Shown here: one piece after another, positions 38,182 to 49,420 of the stretch
Position numbering within the stretch: position 1 is the first letter of the stretch
Layout: each line of letters opens with the position of its first letter
From: Blepharisma stoltei ATCC 30299
Taxonomy: Eukaryota; Protista; Ciliophora
Direction: 5' to 3'
Assembly: GCA_965603825.1 (NCBI GenBank)
Contig: CBFDEM010000053.1
Span: 496,001 to 560,000 of the forward strand
Length of the DNA: 64,000 nt
The notes under the pieces: model-generated
Seen by the model: only the letters and a program-made list of their open reading frames with translations
The model's database searches: none
Told to the model about the DNA's origin: nothing
Translations under genes and position numbers: made by a program

Positions 38182-40262
38182 ATGTTTTTTACCAAAATCT
38201 GGCGTAGTAGTTTTCAATTATTTTTCAAAATTTTGTTGACTGCTATTGTGCTCTCAACATGCTCAGAAGTTTTGATTGTTTTCTCGAGTTTCTCGAAAAA
38301 CATCATTCCAAGTTTGAAAACAGAAATCAAATCAAGAAATTTAGACATCTCTTTAGTTGAAGTTGTTTATTGTGATTTTTCAGCTCTTGAAGAAACAATC
38401 TCACAAAGAACTAATTTGATTGCAATTTTTGATATAACAGACAACTTAAACATAGAATTTGAGATCTCAAAGATATGCATGGACAATTTACTTATACATT
38501 TTTTAGCTTCTGACAGCCTTCCTTACAAAAATAAATTAACTTTTTCACTTTCTAGTTCAAAAGAAAATTTACATAGGGCTATCATCTCAACTCTACGCTT
38601 CTTTAATTGAACTATTGGAATCGCAGTTAGTAGCGTTGAGGAGTTCGCCAATACCCAAATTATGCTAAATAATTATTCAGAAAAAATTCAACTATTTCAG
38701 TAAGTTCAAAAACATTTATTCAAGAGCTTATCAGTCGAGGATTTATGGGAATGGGATCCTCTTTTTATTATTTATTTGGAGACAAAAATATTTCAATTGG
38801 CATTCAGCAAGCACTGGCCAGTTCGAAAATACTTGTCAATGGAACTGGAATTTTGCTTGTTGGAAAAAGTAGCTATGAATCGGCAACTGAAGGAGCACTT
38901 GCTATTGTTGAAAAAGACAGAGAAACAATTATTTCTAATGAAAAATACTTGTTTGAAGCTATTTCTCGAATGATCTATCTTTTAAGCAATGCTTCAAATG
39001 TAGGTGAATCTTTAATTTTGCTATCAAAAAAATGCAAAAATCACTATTGCGTGAATGATTTTTCCCTACTCAATATACAAAATTCGCAAAGAAAAATTGT
39101 TGGGTCTATAGTTGATGGGAATGCAGTTTTAAATAATTTTTCAATGATTTTCCCAGGGAATTCTGTTGATGTGCCCAAGTCTCAAAAAAAAATTTTATAT
39201 TTTAGTGCTAACGATGGAACCACCAACCCAGGTTCTCCCTCAATGGAAATAGTAACTTTTTATAAAAGAGGTTTTACATTAGCATTACAAGATATGAATA
39301 ATGGAATCGATATACTACAAAATTTCCAGCTAAAGCTCAATGATTTTGACTGTGGAGCATCGGTCTATAATGAAAAATTTTGTTATAACTGCATTAATAA
39401 AGATAAAAATCGATTAGGGCTGGCACATATAGTCTCTGTTACTTCCTCAATGGCTTATGGACAAATTGCAACAATGGCAAAATTAAATATAACAATTCCT
39501 CTTATTGGAGTTATCAGCCTTGATCCAGGGCTTTCAAATTCAACTAAGTATCCATATTTTACAAGAGTAATCTTGCCAAGTAACTATGCTTTTAAGCAAA
39601 TACCATTGCTATTAAAAGTTATGGGCTGGGAAAGTATTGCAATAATTTATCAAAATGATACTGGATCAATCACAAGTAACTACTATTTAAGCCAAGCAGC
39701 TGAAGAACAGAACATACACATTGTTAACAAATTAAAAATAATTCCATTTTCTTTGACCAGAGATTCTATAAGAAATTATACAAATGTATTTCAAGAGATC
39801 ATTGATACAAATGTAAGATTTGTTGTCTTATTATTGAATTCTGCAGGACTAGATTACACAGCGGAATTATTTTATGACTTAGGAATGAGAAAAGGTGATA
39901 TCATTTTTTTAAATTACATGACAATTTTCATAAAATTCAAAGCTTATAACTACGGAAGATTCAACTTATGACATAAATTAAGTCTAATTGGAGTCGCATG
40001 AGTTTCTTGTTTATGCACTATAAATTTCCTTATTGAAGGATCTGGCATTCCATGGGTTGCCTTAATTTTAGGTGGATGGACATCATTTATCTTGATAGGA
40101 TTGATTGTCCAAAGGAAAAAATACCCAAGTTTATTATTTAGAAAAGAAAAAGACACTTCAAATTTATTTAAATTCGCATTTACTTTTGGAAAGAGTTCAA
40201 AAGCTCATCATTCAAAAATTGAGCCACAAAAATTAGACCTCTTTAATAAAGGTTCTAAATAA
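38182..40262 (+). pseudogene. R8: receptor pseudogene with a frameshift and a large internal deletion
   Basis: 1-nt deletion near 38697 (ctatttcagtaa). At ~39910 MRKGDIIF is fused directly to YMTIFIKFKAYNYGRF, about 1.36 kb shorter than R2. Confidence 0.85.
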
Positions 40263-41050
40263 TTAATACTTACAAACTTAATACATTTTTTTTATGGTAC
40301 TGGATGTAAGTTCAAATCAGTCTAGCTATTTAAAGCATCAAATAGCTCGATATCGGACGATTTTTATTATAATCATCAAAGAAGGTCTATATAAAAATAT
40401 CAGCAATGAGAGTTGAAAAAATCGCCCAATTAGTGCAGCTGCTAACTATTTAAGTTAGATGTGGATTTTAAGATGGTATGTAATCATTTTTGAGATATAT
40501 TGACATTTTTTAAGAAAATTGGAGTGAGATTTAAATTATTATTTGCTGTTTGCTTTTAAAATGCAGGATATTAGTAAAGTTATAGTTATTTGGGACTGAT
40601 TACTTCTTTTACGAGTTAAAGATTTTAAATTCGTTTTTAGAATAAATCAATTAGGTCTTTAAACTTCTTTTCTTGCCCAGAGTTGACCTTAGACCGCAGG
40701 TGCTCAGGCTCTATATAAAAAGAATTGTTTAAATCATCATTTGATTACATGAGAGTTCATATGTCTTCTTCATAACTAGAATTGCAATAATATTTTTATT
40801 TAATTATTAATTTATCTTTAAGAGATCTATTTCAAATAAGCTAAAACAAAATCATTTTTGTTTTTAATTAAAACCCTGTAAATAAAGGATGAATTCAAAG
40901 AAAGAAGTTTCATTTCTTTAAAGATTATAAATTTAGCTATGTTTATAAATATTTAAGAACTTTTCATATTATTATTTTATTAGCAGCAAATATTTTACAT
41001 AATGATAATTTGACCCAATTTTTTTATAAAGGGCAGAATACCATAAAATT

Positions 41051-44000
41051 ATGGCACTGACTAATAAGAAACAGTCGAACGAAACTCTGACTTTTTCCAG
41101 ATTTTTATTCTTTTTCTCTATATTTTTGCTTTCGAAATCAACAGAAGTGTTGATTATCTATTCGAACTATACAAAAATCTCTATTTCAGACTTTATTTTT
41201 GAAATACAACAGAGCACTTCAGCTCTATCAGCAATTGAAATTACAGCTTGTGACTTTTTGGTTGCAGAAGAAGAGATTTCTAACCGACCAAACTTAGTTG
41301 CAGTTTTTGACATTTCAAATGACTTAAGCTTCCAATTCCGAATTGCAAAGTTGTGCGAAAATAATCTCATTGTGCATTTTCTATATACTGATAGTTTACC
41401 TTATGAAAATAAGTGAACTTTTTCATTGTCAAGCTCAAAACTAAGTTTAAATAGAGCCCTTATTATCACATTGGCTTATTTTAATTGAACTGATGGAATT
41501 GCTGTAACAGACATACAAAAATTTTCAAATTTGCAAGACCTTTTCCGCAGCTATTTTAAGGATATTGAAGTATTTTCTGTTAGTTCTGATACTTTTATTA
41601 AAGATTTTATAGGGATTGAAATGAAAAAATTAGGTTCATCTCTATTTTACTTATTCATTAATAAAGATATTTCTCTACAAATTCAACAATATTTAGTTGA
41701 TTCAAAGCAGCTTGGTGATGGAACAGGAATTTTGCTTATTAAAGAAAGTAGCTATGGATCAAATATTGATGGGACCTTAGGCCTTGTAGAAAAAGGAAAA
41801 GAGTTTGTGGAGTCAGAGGACAGTTATTTATCCTTAACAATTTTAGAGATGATAACTTCTTTAAACAATGCCTCAGATACATATATTTTAAATTTTTTAG
41901 AAGAAAAATGCCCAAATCATTATTGCATTAATGAATTTTCGGTTATAAACATTCAAGAAAAGCAAAGAAAAATCGTTGGATCTATTGTAGAAGGAAATTT
42001 TAAATTGCTTTCTTCTATAGTATTTCCGGGAAATTCTAAAAAAATCCCGATTTCGCAGAAAAAAGTGTTATATTTCAGCGCAAGTGATGGCACAACCGAT
42101 CCTGGTGGAGTCCCATATGCTTCGGTCGCTGTTTTTGCTAGAGGATTAACTTTAGCTGTAAAAGACATAAATAGTGGTCAAAATATTTTAGAAAATTTCC
42201 AATTAAAGCTTAACCATTTTGACTGCGGTGCAAGTGTCTATAATGCAGCATTCGCTTTAAATTGCTTTGAAAAAGACAAAGACAAGGTAGGTTTAGCTCA
42301 TATCACAGCTCCTATGACAGCTACAGCCTTTGGAGCTATGATATCATTAAAGAAATTAAATATTACTGTTCCTTATATCGGAGCTGTTAATAGTGGTCCT
42401 GAACTTTCCAATACAACAGCTTACCCCTATTATTCCCGAATAAGTTTACCAAGCTCTTGGGCATACACTCAAATCCCAATAATACTAAAAGTTATGGGCT
42501 GGGAAAGCATTGCAATTTTATACCAAAATGATATATCAGGCTCAGCAGCCTTTTATTATCTTAACCAAACTTGTGCAAAACAAAACATTAAAATCGTGAA
42601 TGAGCACAGAGGAATTCCTCCACTTCTAGACAGAGAAGGACTTAAGAATTATACAAATGTGATAAAAGAAGTGGTTGATTCCAATGTAAGATTTGTTACA
42701 TTGGTATTTAACCCTCCTGAAGTAAACTATATTGCCGAAATTTTTTATGATTTGGGGATGAGGCGAGGCGATGTACTTTTTTATTCTACCTATCCTGGGT
42801 GGTTGACGACTGTGGCTACACAAGATGAGTTTTTATATAAAAGAGTAGAAATTGCGATTCCTATGGTAATTATTTTTCAGTCACTTTTTGTTGGGGAAAT
42901 TGGGAAGAAAGTGCATGATGATCTTTATAAAGCATATGGAAATACAGAGCCTGCAACTTATGCATGCCTTTATTATGATGCTGGAATGCTGATAGGGAAT
43001 GCAATTGATTGGACGATTAATCATGGCACTGATTATACCGATCCTGATGTTTTGAATGCAGCTGTAAGGGATGTAAGGTTTACTGGATGCACTGGGAGTA
43101 TGAGTATTCAAAAAGGAAGCAATGATAGACAGTTCAGTAGTTTTACAATACAGTCGAATTCTTATAACTTCACGTCTGGAGCATTAAAAACGTTTATCGT
43201 AGGGTACTTCACACCTACAGGATCTACAATTTTGAAAATCGAAACACCATTTGTGTATGCAGATGGAACTACAAATAAGCCTAGCGATTTTAGAATCACA
43301 AGGACTAATTGCCCATTTGACGATAAATTAAAGCGAACATTTGGTAAAGGCCGAGCTTTGGTATTTGGGATCTGTTTCTTTATTGCTGCTTTAACTGTTA
43401 TAGTAACATTTTTTATTTGGAAAAAATGATGGAATAGAAAAGTTGATCCACTTACCAAGGCCGAAGAAATCTCGCTTGAAGATTTTATTGTTGGAGTCAC
43501 TATAGGGGTCGAATTTTTCCAATTTATTTCACAGGGCCCTGATATTCGGCCTTTAAACGCTTTTCTTGCAGATATCGGCGATGCTGTATCCTTAGATTTG
43601 GAAAGTTTTGCAAAATTGGAAAACGGAGTTTTTTGGTGGATTGCTACAATAATAATTATTTTATGCGGAGTGTGGACTATTTTTTGTTTAGAAATTTTCT
43701 TTCAATTGGATGAAAAATTAAACCATATATGGTTCTTTAGAGCTTTATCATTTCTTGCTGACAACTCTATGCCAATTTTAGGGAATTTATGCTTCATCCC
43801 ATTTATATCCATTCTTTTAGAAATTTTTTTATGTGACCATTCTATTGGAAATCACTTCACAGATAGCTACTTAAATAAAGATTGTTATCAGTTCTGCTGA
43901 AAGGGGGATCATATTATTTATGTTGTCTTATCAGCATTTTCTTTATTCTTTTATGAACCTTTAGCAGTCTTTTGCCGACCTCTTTGGCAGGAGTTGCAGT

Positions 44001-44485
44001 CAAATTTGCATGTAAAATCAATGCCATTATACTTGATGGTAAAAACTGTGATACAGGTGATGCTGGTTGTGATGAATAAAACACTGAAAAGGTCAAGTGA
44101 TATTGCCCATGGATTTGTATTTACAGTTTTAATACTAATGTATGCAGGATTTGTATGAAGATTTAAAGCTTTTAACTATGCAAGATTCAACTGATGGCAG
44201 CAATTAAGCCTTATTGGTGTTGCTTGGGTATCATTTTTGTCAACAATAAATTTCCTTGCAGGAGGGACTACATTTCCATGGATTTCATTGATTTTAGGTG
44301 GATGGGTAATCGTGGTGCTCATAGGACTAGCTGTTCAAAAGAAAAAGTATCCGAGTTTGTTGTTCAGGAAGAAAGGAAAAGACACTTCAACTTTATTCAA
44401 ATTTGCATTTACCTTTGGTAGACAATCCAAAATGCACCAGTCAAAAATCGAACCTCACAAGCTTGATCTTTTTGGATCTAAGTAA
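41051..44485 (+). CDS. R9: double-VFT ~9TM receptor, intact, 1144 aa
   Basis: ORFs 41051, 41531, 43598 and 44237 share one frame and are joined by TGA. Confidence 0.87.
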
Positions 44486-45632
44486 AGGTTTATTATAGAT
44501 AAGCAGTATACAATTGGATGTATTTACTATAAATTTTTACAATTTAATCATAAATTCTTTTAAAGCTATATCAAATTCATTTAGAAATTAAAACTTAACA
44601 AAATGTAAAATTAAAAATATGATAAACTGAATTAAAATTTAATTAGCTAAATTTACCATTAAAAATATATAATTATGACTCGGAATTCTCATTATTAGCT
44701 ACAGGATTGAATAAATTAATAATCTAGAAATAAACTGTTATCATTTAGGGTTTAGTATTGAGTTACCTTTCATTGAGCGGTAAGATATCCACCAGTAGCT
44801 TGGTTGAGTTGTCTATTGACACTTGATAAAAGCTCTATGGCTTAGCCTAATGATAAGAACAGAGTTGGAGATGCTCGTTATGTCATCATCTGAAGTTAAA
44901 GCATGGATTTATGTATCTGCAAATCTTCTTGTTAGAAAAAAGCTAAAATTTATAACGGATTATGTAAGATCCATGAATAAAAAGAATTTGTTTCTAAATA
45001 AATCTATCAATAAATAATGTTCTTAGACAATGCATATTTATCCTTCTGTAATTATATTTTAAACATGATAGGATTTCATTGCAATCCAAAATAAATTTAT
45101 ATGCGCTTTTCGATTATATCATGTTTTAAAGGCCATCCTTTTAACTTCAAAATAATAAAATCTCTCTCTTTGATCAGGATCGACTTATCAGCTCATTGAA
45201 ACTACTTAAGAACTTGCAGTCTTAAATCATAACTTTGGACTAAATTCCTTATTTTACTATAAAATTAGATTTAAAAAAAAATTTATAAATTTATCAAAAT
45301 ATTTCATAGTCGGAATTTTTGGCTTATTTTCAAATAATTTAATTACTATATAATTTTATTCTATTCTTCAATAAATCTCTGCTGTAGTTAATTTCCTCTT
45401 TTAAAATCAAACACAAAATAAAAAAGTTACTTTCTGTCAACTATTTCAATATTATTTAATCAAATTTATAGTGTTTTACTTAGAAGAAAATCCTTTGCAC
45501 TATAAAAAATTAAAACTAACGCTATTAATGAATAAACTCTCATCAATTTAACAATGAGAAAAATTTAGCAATGTAGCGTATTTATGTTTAATGTAATGGT
45601 ATTATTATGTGCTTTCTTTTTTATAAAACCAA

Positions 45633-48600
45633 ATGGCAGGCATTTATTCAAAATACTCAAACTCGTTCCATATGAATTTTCTGAAACTTATTTTTTGTGC
45701 TTTACCACTTTTCGTGAATTCTTTTGGCATACTTCTTGTCTATGATTACGAAGATACTGCTAGCCTTTCAAGCTTGACAGAACAAATAAAAACAAAAATC
45801 CCCTTATCAGATCAAGTTGACATTTCTACTTGCCAATATCAAGAATTTGAGCTTTGCATAACTTTTCACCCAAGTCTACAAGTAATTTTCGACATTTCTG
45901 ACAATTTTCAAGCTCAATATGAACTAGATATTTTTTGCAAAGAAAACTCTATTGTCCATATTGTAAAAAATAGCAAAATAATATATCATAGCGAATGGAC
46001 CTTTTCAATATCCAGCTCTTGAGAAGATACAAAAAGCTCATTTATTTCTTTGCTCCATTATTTTAATTGGACTGAGGGTGTTTATTTTAAAGACCCTGAA
46101 GACACTGATATAACTGAAGAATTAAAAAAAAAATCGATATTAATAAATTCCCTCAGTGTCGAGTGCTTATCACCAATAGAGGATTTTTTAGCAATTGAAG
46201 TAATGAGTTTGGGAAAAATGATTTATTTTGTTTTTACAAATTCACATGTTTCAGGAGAAATTCAGGAATCTTTAGCCAATGCAAAGCTTCTAGGAATTGG
46301 AACTGCTATAATATTTGTAAAAGAAAGCTCTTATGGAGCTTCAATTGATGGGGCACTGATAATGACTGAAAATGGCCAGGAAAATTCAGAGTCAGATGAT
46401 GACTATTTAAGTACAGCTTTCGCAAATTTATTATCCTTAATAACACCTAACACAACAGATTCTTTCCAATTTAGAAATACTTTATTGCAAAAATGCCCAA
46501 GCGATTTTTGTGCCACAGAATTTTCTCTTATAAATATTCATGGAGGGCATAAGCATTTAGTTGGAAGCATAAAAAAAAATGAAATCATTATTACATCCAC
46601 AATTGTTTTTCCAGGAAATTCAACGATAATCCCTGTTTCTAAGAAAAAAGTAATAAATTTAAGTATCAGTGATGGCTCTACTAACCCAAATTCTTCTCCA
46701 GCAACATCTAACCCTGCAAATGTAAGAGGTGCCCATTTAGCTATTGAAATGGTAAATGAAGGAAACGATATTCTTTCAAATTTTGAGGTCTCCATGTTCA
46801 GCTATGATTGTGGAGTCACTGTTTATAATGCCAATTTCTCTATAAAATGCTATAGTTCAAATATTGATAAAATAGGCTACGGCCATGTGGCCGCATACGG
46901 TTCTAATGTCGCTGTAGGGGATTTTCAAACTTTTAAAGCTTTGAATATCACTGTCCCATGTGTTGGCGCTGGCCCATCAGATGCTGCACTATCAAGCACA
47001 GCTAATTTTCCTTATTATGCCAGGGTAAATCTAGCTAGCTCATATTTATACAACCAGATTCCTCTTTATTTAAAAGCTTCAGGATGGAAAAAAATTGCTG
47101 TTATCTACCAAAATGATGCGAATTTTGGTAAATCAGCTTATTATTATATTAACCAATCAGCTACAAACCAAGGCCTAGAAATTGTAAATGACCCTAATTT
47201 GAGGGCAATCCCAATGGGGTTAAACAGAACCCAGCTTAAAAATTACACCAATGTAATTCAAGCTGTTATAAATTCAGGTGCTAGGCTTGTGATAGCTGCT
47301 TTTGCACCACCATTTGCGGTGTATATTACTGAGATGTTTTATGATTTGGGAATGAGAAAAGGAGACATAATATTTTTTGCTGTTTACAGTGGGTTTGTAA
47401 CAGATATTGCTGCAAAAGATGACTATACTTATAAAAGACTAGAAGTAGCAGTCCCTATGCTAAGGATTTACCAAGAACTTTGAGTAGGAGAAAAAGGCAC
47501 TCAAGTGTATAACCGATTAGTGGAAAAATATAAAGAAGCCATCGCATATAATTGCCCATATTATGACACCTCCTACTTAATTGCATACAGTATAAATTGG
47601 ATGATTACTAAGGGGGATGACTATACTGACCCTGCGAAGCTACAAAAATCGATTAGATCTGTAAAATTTCTAGGATGTACTGGTAATGTTTATATCCAAC
47701 CAGGAAGTAATGACAGAATTGTAAACGGCTTAATAATCGACTCTAACTCTTATAATAATGATACAGGCATTTCTGTCTATACCACAGCTTTACTAAAACC
47801 CTTTGGCCCTACAATCTTGACTATCAAGCAGCCTCTGATCTATGCTGACGGCACCACAAATAAACCTTCTGACCTGAGAATAACCATTACAGACTGCCCA
47901 TTTCCCAACAAAGAAATAAGGACCTTTGTGAAAGGAAGAGCCATGGTCTTTGCTATATCTTTTACAATTGCAGGCATCATGTGCATTTCTACATTCTTGA
48001 TTTGGAAAAGATGGTGAAATATAAAAGTAGAAGAATTAAAGACTAAGGCAGAAATTTCTATACAGGACTTTTTGGTAGGGGCTACAATTGCCATAGAATT
48101 TTTTCAGCTTATCAGCATGGGACCTGATATTAGACCTATGAGCACTTTTATAGCTGATATAGGAGATATGCTTTCTCTTGATTTAGGAAGCTTTTTTAAG
48201 TTGCAGAATGGGGTTTTCTGGTGAGTTTTGGATGGGGTTTTGGCAGCAACGCTTGTGTGGGTTATTCTTTGTATTGTAATTTTATTTCAGCTTGATGAAA
48301 AATACTCGAGGATTTGGATTTTTAGGAAGCTTGGCTGACTTGGTGATAATTTGATGCCGATCCTTGGAAATCTTTGCTTTATTCCTTTTATGTCTATTCT
48401 TTTAGATGTATTTGTGTGTGACGAATCAATCGGAGACTCTTTTAGTGATAGTTTTCTAAATAAAGATTGCTATCAGTTTTGCTGGACTGGGGATCATATA
48501 ATATACTCAGTTTTATCATTTTTGGCTATTCTCTCATATGAACCTCTAGCTGTATATTGCAGGCCTCTTTGGCAAGAGTTGCAAAACAACTTGCATGTAA

Positions 48601-49073
48601 TTTCAATCCCCTTATTTTTGATGGTGAAGACAGTTGTTCAAATACTTTTAATAGTGCTTAACAAAACATTAAAAAGGGCTGATGAGGTAGTCCATGGTTT
48701 TTTATTTGTTGGGCTGCTTATTCTATCTATAGCCTTTATTTTGAAATTTAAAGCTTATAATTACCCACGGTTTACGTTTTGGCAAATATTAAGCTTGGCC
48801 GGAGTAGCTTGAATAGCTTTACTAGGCACAATTTTTTTTATTTCTCGTGATAATAATTTTCCTTGGATCGCGTTAATTATTGGTGGGCTGCTTTTTATTT
48901 TAATTTATGGGCTAATTAGGCAGAGGAAAGGATATCCAAGTTTACTATTTCGAAAGAAAACACGAGATACGAGCACACTTTTTAGGTTTGCTTTTACCTT
49001 TGGAAAGCAGACTAAAATTGGATCAAAAGTTTTACCTTTTTCGGGCAACAAATCATCATCTTTGCGTGATTAG
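45633..49073 (+). CDS. R10: double-VFT ~9TM receptor, intact, 1146 aa, most divergent copy
   Basis: ORFs 45633, 46050, 47505 and 48351 share one frame, to TAG 49071. Same architecture with a clearly more distant sequence. Confidence 0.87.
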
Positions 49074-49420
49074 AATAATTATAATTATATTATTTGGATT
49101 ATTAAGTTAAATGTATTGCCTTTTGTAAATTATCATAGATATCATGCGCTCACGATGAAGGGAAGCCTAAATAGCAATCAGGCAATTTTTGAACAAAGCA
49201 TGCTATAAAACTTAGTATCTTGATTCTGACTTGTTTACTTTTTCATCAGTTTAATTTTGTGCAATCTTTAAAAAATTTATAAAAAACATGAATTACTTTA
49301 GATTATTTACTCTATTATATGTCATAACTATGCCTAAATAATTTTTAAAATATAAATTTTTATAGAAAGATTATTTATAAAAATTTCTGCTTTACTATCT
49401 TAATAATAAAATAAGCAAAA

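Noticed and set aside
38700-38726. GTAAGT as an intron donor rescuing the R8 frameshift
   Set aside because: No AG lies at 15-16 nt or at any nearby frame-restoring distance, and the sequence aligns to coding sequence in paralogs.
44744-44756. TTTAGGGTTTAG telomere-like sequence
   Set aside because: Under two units and not a tandem tract; consistent with chance.
44760-45017. Slightly GC-richer patch with a 64-aa ORF between R9 and R10
   Set aside because: Non-ATG start, no recognisable protein or RNA motif; possibly an old relic but unsupportable.
15127-48094. Recurrent antisense ORFs (e.g. 19014..19412, 36310..36633, 43162..43500, 47840..48094)
   Set aside because: They are shadows of the same conserved sense-strand segment in each paralog, with variable ends.
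13028-49073. Treating the many short ORFs as separate genes or as all pseudogenes
   Set aside because: In intact copies the fragments share one frame and are separated only by TGA, almost always at Trp or aromatic columns.
13028-49073. Calling the array GABA-B/mGluR class C GPCRs or glutamate-gated channels
   Set aside because: Only the VFT resembles them. There are two VFTs, about nine TM segments, and no recognisable 7tm_3, nine-cysteine, S1/S2 or pore (SYTANLA-like) motifs.
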